Positions 23,454 through 35,886 of a stretch of 64,000 bases of DNA are shown piece by piece. The translations under genes and the position numbers were made by a program. The notes under the pieces are model-generated. The model was not told the DNA's origin. It ran no database searches and was given only the letters and a program-made list of their open reading frames with translations. The stretch lies in the NCBI GenBank assembly GCA_009914755.4, contig CP086569.2:27712001-27776000 (forward strand). The letters run 5' to 3'. Source of the stretch: the human T2T-CHM13v2.0 reference genome, Homo sapiens. Positions within the stretch are counted from its first letter, which is position 1. Each line of letters opens with the position of its first letter.

Positions 23454-26400
23454 CAAACCACATTGGTTAGACTGACATCGAATAATATCAAAAGAAATGT
23501 GGTGAAGTGGAGTGGAGTGTACTGAAATGGGGTGGAATGAAATTGAATGGAGTGGAGTGGAGTCTACTGGAGTGGAATGGAATGGAATGGAAAGGAATGG
23601 AATAGAATGGAGTGAAGTGCAGTGCAGTGAAATGGAGTGGAAAGGAATGGAATGGAAAGAATTGAATCAAATGGAACCGAAGTGAATCGAATCTAATGAA
23701 ATTGAACGCAAATTGTGGAATGAGTAGAATCGAAAAAGATGTATTCAAATGGCAACAAATAAAATTGAATGGAATGCGGTGAGGTGGAGGGGATTGGAAT
23801 GGATTTGAATGGAATGTGGTGTAATTGAATTGAATGGAGTGGAGTGGAGTGAACTGGAGTGGAATGGAATGGAATGGGCAGACATGGAATTGAAAGGCGT
23901 GGAGTGGAGTGGAATTGAGAGGAGTGGAATGGAGTAGGGTGGATTGTGGTGGAGAATAATGGAAAAGAGTGGAGTGGAATGGAACGGATTGGAGTGGAGT
24001 GGAATGGAATGGAATTGAGTGAAGTGGAGTGTAGTGGAATGGAGAGTAATGGAGTGGAGTGGACTGGAGTGGAGTAGATTGCAGTGCATTGGACTGTAGG
24101 GGATGGAAGTGGATTGGAGTCCATAGGAGTGGAGTGGAATGGAATGGAATGGAGTGGAATGGACTGGAACGGAATGGATTTAAATGGCAGGGAATCAAAT
24201 CGAATTGAATCATATTGAATCAAGTCGAATCGAGTGGAGGAAAGAAATCGAATGAAATCGAATGGAATGAATTGAATGGAGTCGAATGTCAACCATGGAA
24301 TCAAAAGTAATGTGGTAAAGTGGAGTGGAGTGGAGTGTTATGGAGTGGAATGGAATGGGGTGACATGGAATTGAATACAGTGGAGAGGAGTGGAGTGGAT
24401 TGGGCTAGAGTTGAACGGAAAGGGAAGGAATGGAACTAAATGGAGTGGAGTGGAATGGAGTGGAATGGAATGGAATGGAATGGAATGGAACGGAATGGAG
24501 CAAAATGGAATCGAATCACATGGAACTGAATGAAACCGAATTGAATGAAATTCAATGGAGAAAATGGAATCAAATGGAATCAAATCGAACGGATTCGAAT
24601 GTCATTGAATGGAATCGAAAGGAATGCAGTGAGGTGGGGTTGAGTGGAATGGAGTGGAATGGAATGGGATGAATGGAATTGAATGGAGTGGAGTGGAATG
24701 GAATGGAATGGAAAGGACTGGAATTGAACAAAATGGAGTGTAGTAGAATGGAGTGGATTGGAGTGGAGTGCAGGGGAGTGCAGTGGAATGAAGAGGAGTG
24801 TAGTTGAATGGAATGGAATGTATGGAATGTACTGCAATAGAATGGATAAGAAAGGAATGGAATGGAATCGCATGGAATTGAATAGAATCAAATCGAATTG
24901 AATAGAATCAAATGGAAAAAATGGAGTCAAATGGAATCGAATGGCATAGAATCGAACGGTTTTGAATGGCAGTGAATGGAAACGAATGGAATGCGATGAA
25001 GTGGAGCGCAGTGGAGTGGAAAGGAGTGCAATGGAATAGGGTGGAACTGCATTTAATGGAACAGAGTGGATTGGAGTGGACTGGAGTGGAATGGAATGGG
25101 AAGGAATGGGATTGAAAGGAGTGGTGTGCAGTGGAGTGGAGTGGCATGGAGTGGAGTGGAGTGGAATGGAGTGGAATGGAATGGAGTGGAATGGAGTGGA
25201 TTGGAATGGAATGGAGTGCAGAGGAATGGAATGGAATGGTATAGAGTGGACAGGAATGGAGTGGAGTGGATTGGAATGGAATGGAATGGAATGGAATGGA
25301 ACTGAATGGACTGGAATGGAATGCAATAGAATGGAATCACAGGGAATCAAATTGGATTGAATCGAATCGAAAGGAAAAAAATGAAATCAAATGAAATTGA
25401 ATGGAATCGAAATGAATGTAAACAATGGAATCCAATGGAATCAAATGGAATCGAATCAAATGGTTTTGAATGGCGTAAAATGAAATCGCAAGGAAGACAG
25501 TGAATTGGAGTGGAGTGGAATAGAGAGGAATGAATTGGAATGGAGTGGATTGGAATGGAGTGGATTCCAGTGGAGTGGAGTGGATTGGATTTTAATGGAA
25601 TGGAATAGACTGGATTGCAGTGGTGTAGATTGCAGTGGATTGGAGTGGAGAGGAATGGAGTGGAGTGAAGTCGAGTTGAGTGGAATGGAATGGAGTGGAG
25701 CAGAGTGGAATGCAAAAGAATGAAGTGGATTGGTGTGGAATGGAATGGCGTGGAATGGAGTAGAATAGAATGGAATGGAATCGCATGGAAGGATATCAAA
25801 TCAAATGGAATCGAACGAAAATTATGAATCCAATGGAATCGAAAGGATTCCAAAGGAACGGATTCGAAAGGCATTTAATGGAATGGAAAGGTATGCAGTG
25901 AAGTGGAGTGGAGTGGAGGGGATTGGTTTAGAGTGAAATGGGGTGGATTGGAACACTATGTTGTGGAGTGGAGTGTAGTGGATCGGAGTGGAGTGCCGTG
26001 GAGTGGACTAGAGTGGGGTGGAGTGGAGTGCATTGGAGTGGAATGGAGTGGAGTGGGGTGGAATGGAATGGAATGGCATCAAATCGCATAGTAATGAGTC
26101 AAACGGAATGAAATAATGGAATCGAAGGCAAACGAATGGAATCGAATTGCACTGATTCTTCTGACTTCGAACAAAATGAAATGAAATGCGGTGAAGTGGA
26201 GTGGAGTGGAATGTATTAGGGTGGAATGGAATTGAATGGTGTGGAGTGGATTGGAGTGCCCAGGAGTGGAATGGGAAGAAATGGAATTGAACGGAGTGGA
26301 GTGGAGTGGAATGGAGGGTAATAGAGTGGAATGGAGTGGAGTGGAGTAGAGTGGAATGGGTTGGAATGGAATGCAGAGGACAGGAGTGGAGTGTGGTGGA

Positions 26401-26545
26401 CTGGAGGGGAGTGGAGTTGAGTGGAGTGGATTGGATTGAAATAGAGCGGAGCAGAGTGGAATGGAATTGAATCATATGGTATTGAATCAAATCGAATGGA
26501 ATTAAATCGAATGAAAAAACGGAATCAAAAGCAAACGAATGGAGT
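23454..26545 (+). repeat. HOR copy H (3092 bp) = copy O; 10-bp deletion marker at ~26110
   Basis: Landmark at 23454, next at 26546. 241-aa string 23488..24213 is identical to 45252..45977 (offset 21764). Confidence 0.8.
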
Positions 26546-29500
26546 CAAACCACATTGGTTAGACTGACATCGAATAATATCAAAAGAAATGCGGTGAAGT
26601 GGAGGGGAGTGTACTGAAATGGGGTGGAATGAAATTGAATGGAGTGGAGTGGAGTGGAGTCTACTGGAGTGGAATGGAATGGAATGGAAAGGAATGGAAT
26701 AGAATGGAGTGAAGTGCAGTGAAGTGAAATGGAGTGGAAAGGAATGGAATGGAAAGAATTGAATCAAATGGAATCGAAGTGAATCGAATCTAATGAAATT
26801 GAACGCAATATGTGGAATGAGTAGAATCGAAAAAGATGGATTCAAATGGCAACAAATAAAATTGAATGGAATGCGGTGAGGTGGAGGGGATTGGAATGGA
26901 GTTGAATGGAATGTGGTGTAATTGAATTGAATGGAGTGGAGTGGAGTGAACTGGAGTGGAATGGAATGGAATGGGCAGGCATGGAATTGAAAGGCGTGGA
27001 GTGGAGTGGAATTGAGAGGAGTGGAATGGAGTAGGGTGGATTGTGGTGGAGAATAATGGAAAAGAGTGGAGTGGAATGGAACGGATTGGAGTGGAGTGGA
27101 ATGGAATGGAATTGAGTGAAGTGGAGTGTAGTGGAATGGAGAGTAATGGAGTGGAGTGGACTGGAGTGGAGTAGATTGCAGTGCATTGGACTGTAGGGGA
27201 TAGAAGTGGCTTGGAGTCCATAGGAGTGGAGTGGAATGGAATGGAATGGAGTGGAATGGATTGGAACGGAATGGAATGGAATGGATTTAAATGGCAGGGA
27301 ATCAAATCGAATTGAATCATATTGAATCAAGTCTAATCGAGTGGAGGAAAGAAATCGAATGAAATCGAATGGAATGAATTGAATGGAGTCGAATGTCAAC
27401 CATGGAATCAAAAGTAATGTGGTAAAGTGGAGTGGAGTGGCGTGTTATGGAGAGGAATGGAATGGGGTGACATGGAATTGAATACATTGGAGAGGAGTGG
27501 AGTGGATTGGGGTAGAGTTGAACGGAAAGGGAAGGAATGGAACTAAATGGAGTGGAGTGGAATGGAGTGGAATGGAATGGAATGGAATGGAATGGAACGG
27601 AATGGAGTGCAATGGAATAGAATCACATGGAACTGAATGAAACCGAATTGAATGAAATTCAATTGAGAAAATGGAACAAATGGAATCAAATCGAACGGAT
27701 TCGAATGTCATTGAATGGAATCGAAAGGAATGCAGTGAGGTGGGGTTGAGTGGAATGGAGTGGAATGGAATGGGATGAATGGAATTGAATGGAGTGGAGT
27801 GGAATGGAATGGAATGGAAAGGACTGGAATTGAACAAAATGGAGTGTAGTAGAATGGAGTGGATTGGAGTGGAGTGCAGGGGAGTGCAGTGGAATGAAGA
27901 GGAGTGTAGTTGAATGGAATGGAATGTATGGAATGTACTGGAATAGAATGGATAAGAAAGGAATGGAATGGAATCGCATGGAATTGAATAGAATCAAATC
28001 GAATTGAATAGAATCCAATGGAAAAAATGGAGTCAAATGGAATCGAATGGCATAGAATCGAACGGTTTTGAATGGCAGTGAATGGAAACGAATGGAATGC
28101 GATGAAGTGGAGCAGAGTGGAGTGGAAAGGAGTGCAATGGAATAGGGTGGAACTGAATTTAATGGAACAGAGTGGATTGGAGTGGACTGGAGTGGAATGG
28201 AATGGGAAGGAATGGGATTGAAAGGAGTGGCGTGCAGTGGACTGGAGTGGCATGGAGTGGAGTGGAGTGGAATGGAGTGGAATGGAATGGAGTGGAATGG
28301 AGTGGATTGGAATGGAATGGAGTGCAGGGGAATGGAATGGAATGGTATAGAGTGGACAGGAATGGAGTGGAGTGGATTGGAATGGAATGGAATGGAATGG
28401 AATGGAACTGAATGGACAGGAATGGAATGGAATAGAATGGAATCACAGGGAATCAAATTGGATTGAATCGAATCGAATGTAAAAAATGAAATCAAATTAA
28501 ATTGAATGGAATCGAAATGAATGTAAAGAATGGAATCCAATGGAATCAAATGGAGTCGAATCAAATGGTTTTGAATGGCGTAAAATGAAATCGCGAGGAA
28601 GGCAGTGAATTGGAGTGGAGTGGAATAGAGAGGAATGAATTGGAATGGAGTGGAGTGGAATGGAGTGGATTCCAGTGGAGTGGAGTGGATTGGATTTTAA
28701 TGGAATGGAATAGACTGGATTGGAGTGGTGTAGAGTGCAGTGGATTGGATTGGAGAGGAATGGAGTGGAGTGAAGTAGAGTTGAGTGGAATGGAATGGAG
28801 AGGAGCAGAGTGGAATGCAAAAGAATGAAGTGGATTGGTGTGGAATGGAATGGCGTGGAATGGAGTGGAATAGAATGGAATGGAATCGCATGGAAGGATA
28901 TCAAATCCAATGGAATCGAACGAAAATTTTGAATCCAATGGAATCGAAAGGATTCCAAAGGAACGGATTCGAAAGGCATTTAATGGAATGGAAAGGTATG
29001 CAGTGAAGGTTAGTGGAGTGGAGTGGATTGTTTTAGAGTGAAATGGGGTGGATTGGAACACTATGTGGTGGAGTGGAGTGTAGTGGATCGGAGTGGAGTG
29101 CCGTGGAGTGGACTAGAGTGGGGTGGAGTGGAGTGCATTGGAGTGGAATGGAGTGGAGTGGGGTGGAATGGAATGGAATGGCATCAAATGGCATGGTAAT
29201 GAATCAAATGGAATCAAATGGAATGAAATAATGGAATCGAAGGCAAACGAATGGAATCGAATTGCACTGATTCTACTGACTTCGAAGAAAATGAAATGAA
29301 ATGCGGTGAAGTGGAGTGGAGTGGAATGTATTAGGGTGGAATGGAATTGAATGGTGTGGAGTGGAGTGGAGTGCCCAGGAGTGGAATGGGAAGAAATGGA
29401 ATTGAACGGAGTGGAGTGGAGTGGAATGGAGGGTAATGGAGTGGAATGGAGTGGAGTGGAGTAGAGTGGAATGGGTTGGAGTGGAATGCAGAGGACAGGA

Positions 29501-29660
29501 GTGGAGTGTTGTGGACTGGAGTGGAGTGGTGTTGAGTGGAGTGGATTGGATTGAAATAGAGCGGAGCAGAGTGGAATGGAATTGAATCACATGGTATTGA
29601 ATCAAATCGAATGGAATTAAATCGAATGAAAAAACGGAATCAAAAGCAAACGAATGGAGT
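26546..29660 (+). repeat. HOR copy I (3115 bp) = copy Q; no 10-bp deletion
   Basis: Landmark at 26546, next at 29661. Strings 27445..27837, 27686..28564 and 28497..28979 match 52310.., 52551.., 53362.. (offset 24865). Confidence 0.8.
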
Positions 29661-32600
29661 CAAACCACATTGGTTAGACTGACATCGAATAATATCAAAA
29701 GAAATGCGGTGAAGTGGAGTGGAGTGTAATGAAATGGGGTGGAATGAAATTGAATGGAGTGGAGTGGAGTGGAGTCTACTGGAGTGGAATGGAATGGAAT
29801 GGAAAGCAATGGAATAGAATGGAGTGAAGTGCAGTGCAGTGAAATGGAGTGGAAAGGAATGGAATGGAAAGAATTGAATCAAATGGAATAGAAGTGAATC
29901 GAATCTAATGAAATTGAATGCAAAAAATTGAATGAGTAGAATCGAAAAAGATGGATTCAAATGGCAACAAATAAAATTGAATGGAATGCGGTGAGGTGGA
30001 GGGGATTGGAATGGAGTTGAATGGAATGTGGTGTAATTGAATTGAATGGAGTGGAGTGGAGTGAACTGGAGTGGAATGGAATGGAATGGGCAGGCATGGA
30101 ATTGAAAGGCGTGGAGTGGAGTGGAATTGAGAGGAGTGGAATGGAATAGGGTGGATTGTGGTGGAGAATAATGGAAAAGAGTGGAGTGGAATGGAACGGA
30201 ATGGAGTGGAGTGGAATGGAATGGAATTGAGTGAAGTGGAGTGTAGTGGAATGGAGAGTAATGGAGTGGAGTGGACTGGAGTGGAGTAGATTGCAGTGCA
30301 TTGGACTGTAGGGGATAGAAGTGGCTTGGAGTCCATAGGAGTGGAGTGGAATGGAATGGAATGGAGTGGAATGGACTGGAACGGAATGGAATGGAATGGA
30401 TTTAAATGGCAGGGAATCAAATCGAATTGAATCATATTGAATCAAGTCGAATCGAGTGGAGGAAAGAAATCGAATGAAATCGAATGGAATGAATTGAATG
30501 GAGTCGAATGTCAACCATGGAATCGAAAGTAATGTGGTAAAGTGGAGTGGAGTGGAGTGTTATGGAGTGGAATGGAATGGGGTGATATGGAATTGAATAC
30601 AGTGGAGAGGATTGGAGTGGATTGGGCTAGAGTTGAACGGAAAGGGAATGAATGGAACTAAATGGAGTGGAGTGGAATGGAGTGGAATGGAATGGAATGG
30701 AATGGAATGGAACGGAATGGAGTGGAATGGAATCGAATCACATGGAACTGAATGAAACCGAATTGAATGAAATTCAATGGAGAAAATGGAATCAAATGGA
30801 ATCAAATCGATCGGATTTGAATGTCATTGAATGGAATCGAAAGGAATGCAGTGAGGTGGGGTTGAGTGGAATGGAGTGGAATGGAATGGGATGAATGGAA
30901 TTGAATGGAGTGGAGTGGAATGGAATGGAATGCAAAGGACTGGAATTGAACAAAATGGAGTGTAGTAGAATGGAGTGGATTGGAGTGGAGTGCAGGGGAG
31001 TGCAGTGGAATGAAGGGGAGTGTAGTTGAATGGAATGGAATGTATGGAATGTACTGGAATAGAATGGATAAGAAAGGAATGGAATGGAATCGCATGGAAT
31101 TGAATAGAATCAAATCGAATTGAATAGAATCAAATGGAAAAAATGGAGTCAAATGGAATCGAATGGCATAGAATCGAACGGTTTTGAATGGCAGTTAATT
31201 GGAACGAATGGAATGCGATGAAGTGGAGCAGAGTGGAGTGGAAAGGAGTGCAATGGAATAGGGTGGAACTGAATTTAATGGAACAGAGTGGATTGGAGTG
31301 GACTGGAGTGGAATGGAATGGGAAGGAATGGGATTGAAAGGAGTGGCGTGCAGTGGAGTGGAGTGGCATGGAGTGGAGTGGAGTGGAATGGAGTGGAATG
31401 GAATGGAGTGGAATGGAGTGGATTGGAATGGAATGGAGTGTAGAGGAATGGAATGGAATGGTATAGAGTGGACAGGAATGGAGTGGAGTGGATTGGAATG
31501 GAATGGAATGGAATGGAATGGAACTGAATGGACTGGAATGGAATGGAATAGAATGGAATCACAGGGAATCAAATTGGATTGAATCGAATCGAATGGAAAA
31601 AATGAAATCAAATGAAATTGAATGGAATCGAAATGAATGTAAACAATGGAATCCAATGGAATCCAATGGAATCGAATCAAATGGTTTTGAATGGCGTAAA
31701 ATGAAATCGCAAGGAAGGCAGTGAATTGGAGTGGAGTGGAATAGAGAGGAATGAATTGGAATGGAGTGGAGTGGAATGGAGTGGATTCCAGTGGAGTGGA
31801 GTGGATTGGATCGGAATGGAATGGAATAGACTGGATTGGAGTGGTGTAGAGTGCAGTGGATTGGAGTGGAGAGGAATGGAGTGGAGAGAAGTCGAGTTGA
31901 GTGGAATGGAATGGAGTGGAGCAGAGTGGAATGCAAAAGAATGAAGTGGATTGGTGTGGAATGGAATGGCGTGGAATGGAGTGGAATAGAATGGAATGGA
32001 ATCGCATGGAAGGATATCAAATCAAATGGAATCGAACGAAAATTATGAATCCAATGGAATCGAAAGTATTCCAAAGAAGAGATTCGAAAGGCATTTAATG
32101 GAATGGAAAGGTATGCAGTGAAGTGGAGTGGAGTGGAGTGGATTGTTTTAGAGTGAAATGGGGTGGATTGGAACACTATGTGGTGGAGTGGAGTGTAGTG
32201 GATCGGAGTGGAGTGCCGTGGAGTGGACTAGAGTAGGGTGGAGTGGAGTGCATTGGAGTGGAATGGAGTGGAGTGGGGTGGAATGGAAAGGAATGGTATC
32301 AAATCGCATGGTAATGAATCAAATGGAATCAAATGGAATGAAATAATGGAATCGAAGGCAAACGAATGGAATCGAATTGCACTGATTCTACTGACTTCGA
32401 AGAAAATGAAATGAAATGCGGTGAAGTGGAGTGGAGTGGAATGTATTAGGGTGGAATGGAATTGAATGGTGTGGAGTGGAGTGGAGTGCCCAGGAGTGGA
32501 ATGGGAAGAAATGGAATTGAACGGAGTGGAGTGGAGTGGAATGGAGGGTAATGGAGTGGAATGGAGTGGAGTGGAGTAGAGTGGAATGGGTTGGAGTGGA

Positions 32601-32775
32601 ATGCAGAGGACAGGAGTGGAGTGTGGTGGACTGGAGTTGAGTGGAGTTGAGTGGAGTGCATTGGATTGAAATAGAGCGGAGCAGAGTGGAATGGAATTGA
32701 ATCACATGGTATTGAATCAAATCGAATGGAATTAAATCGAATGAAAAAACGGAATCAAAAGCAAACGAATGGAGT
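29661..32775 (+). repeat. HOR copy J (3115 bp). Chimeric: the head (29.66-~29.8 kb) carries variants shared with diverged copies R/S/T, and the body from ~29.9 kb equals copy D. Junction of the 18.66-kb tandem duplication.
   Basis: The head has 'gtgtaatgaaatgg' and the 'ISLHS' variant, as at 54.56-54.7 kb; D has 'gtgtactgaaatgg'. From 'gaatgcaaaaaattgaatgagtag' (29.91 kb) the sequence follows D (11.26 kb). Confidence 0.7.
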
Positions 32776-35700
32776 CAAACCACATTGGTTAGACTGACAT
32801 CGAATAATATCAAAAGAAATGCGGTGAAGTGGAGGGGAGTGTACTGAAATGGGGTGGAATGAAATTGAATGGAGTGGAGTGGAGTGGAGTCTACTGGAGT
32901 GGAATGGAATGGAATGGAAAGGAATGGAATAGAATGGAGTGAAGTGCAGTGCAGTGAAATGGAGTGGAAAGGAATGGAATGGAAAGAATTGAATCAAATG
33001 GAATCGAAGTGAATCGAATCTAATGAAATTGAACGCAAAAAATGGAATGAGTAGAATCGAAAAAGATGGATTCAAATGGCAACAAATAAAATTGAATGGA
33101 ATGCGGTGAGGTGGAGGGGATTGGAATGGAGTTGAATGGAATGTGGTGTAATTGAATTGAATGGAGTGGAGTGGAGTGAACTGGAGTGGAATGGAATGGA
33201 ATGGGCAGGCATGGAATTGAAAGGCGTGGAGTGGAGTTGAATTGAGAGGAGTGGAATGGAATAGGGTGGATTTTGGTGGAGAATAATGGAAAAGAGTGGA
33301 GTGGAATGGAACGGAATGGAGTGGAGTGGAATGGAATGGAATTGAGTGAAGTGGAGTGTAGTGGAATGGAGAGTAATGGAGTGGAGTGGACTGGAGTGGA
33401 GTAGATTGCAATGCATTGGACTGTAGGGGATAGAAGTGGCTTGGACTCCATAGGAGTGGAGTGGAATGGAATGGAATGGAGTGGAATGGACTGGAACGGA
33501 ATGGAATGGAATGGATTCAAATGGCAGGGAATCAAATCGAATTGAATCATATTGAATCAAGTCGAATCGAGTGGAGGAAAGAAATCGAATGAAATCGAAT
33601 GGAATGAATTGAATGGAGTCGAATGTCAACCATGGAATCAAAAGTAATGTGGTAAAGTGGAGTGGAGTGTTATGGAGTGGAATGGAATGGGGTGACATGG
33701 AATTGAATACAGTGGAGAGGAGTGGAGTGGATTGGGCTAGAGTTGAACGGAAAGGGAAGGAATGGAACTAAATGGAGTGGAGTGGAATGGAATGGAATGG
33801 AATGGAATGGAATGGAATGGAACGGAATGGCGTGGAATGGAATCGAATCACATGGAACTGAATGAAAACGAATTGAATGAATTTGAATGGAGAAAATGGA
33901 ATCAAATGGAATCAAATCGAACGGCTTCGAATGTCATTGAATGGAATCGAAAGGAATGCAGTGAGGTGGGGTTGAGTGGAATGGACTGGAATGGAATGGG
34001 ATGAATGGAATTGAATGGAGTGGAGTGGAATGGAATGGAATGGAAAGGACTGGAATTGAACAAAATGGAGTGTAGTAGAATGGAGTGGATTGGAGTGGAG
34101 TGCAGAGGATTGCAGTGGAATGAAGAGGAGTGTAGTTGAATGGAATGGAATGTATGGAATGTACTGGAATAGAATGGATAAGAAAGGAATGGAATGGAAT
34201 CGCATGGAATTGAATAGAATCAAATCGAATTGAATAGAATCAAATGGAAAAAATGGAGTCAAATGGAATCGAATGGCATAGAATCGAACGGTTTTGAATG
34301 GCAGTGAATGGAAACGAATGGAATGCGATGAAGTGGAGCAGAGTGGAGTGGAAAGGAGTGCAATGGAATAGGGTGGAACTGAATTTAATGGAACAGAGTG
34401 GATTGGAGTGGACTGGAGTGGAATGGAGTGGGAAGGAATGGGATTGAAAGGAGTGGCGTGCAGTGGAGTTGAGTGGCATGGAGTGGAGTGGAGTGGAATG
34501 GAGTGGAATGGAATGGAGTGGAATGGAGTGGATTGGAATGGAATGGAGTGCAGGGGAATGGAATGGAATGGTATAGAGTGGACAGGAATGCAGTGGAGAG
34601 GATTGGAATGGAATGGAATGGAATGGAATGGAACTGAATGGACTGGAATGGAATGGAATAGAATGGAATCACAGGGAATCAAATTGGATTGAATCGAATC
34701 GAATGGAAAAAATGAAATCAAATGAAATTGAATGGAATCGAAATGAATGTAAACAATGGAATCCAATGGAATCAAATGGAATCGAATCATATGGTTTTGA
34801 ATGGCGTAAAATGAAATCGCAAGGAAGGCAGTGAATTGGAGTCGAGTTGAATAGAGAGGAATGAATTGGAATGGAGTGGAGTGGAATGGAGTGGATTCCA
34901 GTGGAGTGGAGTGGATTGGATTGGAATGGAATGGAATAGACTGGATTGGAGTGGTGTAGAGTGCAGTGGATTGGAATGGAGAGGAATGGAGTGGAGTGAA
35001 GTCGAGTTGAGTGGAATGGAATGGAGTGGAGTAGAGTGGAATGCAAAAGAATGAAGTGGATTGGTGTGGAATGGAATGGCGTGGAATGGAGTGGAATAGA
35101 ATGGAATGGAATCGCATGGAAGGATATCAAATCCAATGGAATCGAACGAAAATTATGAATCCAATGGAATCGAAAGGATTCCAAAGGAACGGATTCGAAA
35201 GGCATTTAATGGAATGGAAAGGTATGCAGTGAAGGTTAGTGGAGTGGAGTGGATTGTTTTAGAGTGAAATGGGGTGGATTGGAACACTATGTGGTGGAGT
35301 GGAGTGTAGTGGATCGGAGTGGAGTGCCGTGGAGTGGACTAGAGTGGGGTGGAGTGGAGTGCATTGGAGTGGAATGGAGTGGAGTGGGGTGGAATGGAAT
35401 GGAATGGCATCAAATGGCATGGTAATGAATCAAATGGAATCAAATGGAATGAAATAATGGAATCGAAGGCAAACGAATGGAATCGAATTGCACTGATTCT
35501 ACTGACTTCGAAGAAAATGAAATGAAATGCGGTGAAGTGGAGTGGAGTGGAATGTATTAGGGTGGAATGGAATTGAATGGTGTGGAGTGGAGTGGAGTGC
35601 CCAGGAGTGGAATGGGAAGAAATGGAATTGAACGTAGTGGAGTGGAGTGGAATGGAGGGTAATGGAGTGGAATGGAGTGGAGTGGAGTAGAGTGGAATGG

Positions 35701-35886
35701 GTTGGAGTGGAATGCAGAGGACAGGAGTGGAGTGTGGTGGACTGGAGTGGAGTGGAGTTGAGTGGAGTGCATTGGATTGAAATAGAGCGGAGCAGAGTGG
35801 AATGGAATTGAATCACATGGTACTGAATCAAATCGAATGGAATTAAATCGAATGAAAAAACGGAATCAAAAGCAAACGAATGGAGT
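32776..35886 (+). repeat. HOR copy K (3111 bp) = copy E
   Basis: Landmark at 32776, next at 35887. Confidence 0.8.

Larger units (their letters stand above)
11200..29880. repeat. First copy (X) of a ~18.66-kb, 6-HOR tandem segmental duplication (copies D-body through J-head)
   Basis: Long translated strings (176-401 aa) from here recur at +18652/+18657 bp, e.g. 11248..11778 = 29905..30435, 12543..13355 = 31195..32007, 15255..16460 = 33912..35117, 18222..19151 = 36879..37808, 20326..20982 ~ 38983..39639. Breakpoint windows estimated by eye: 11.04-11.25 kb and 29.72-29.92 kb. Confidence 0.75.
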
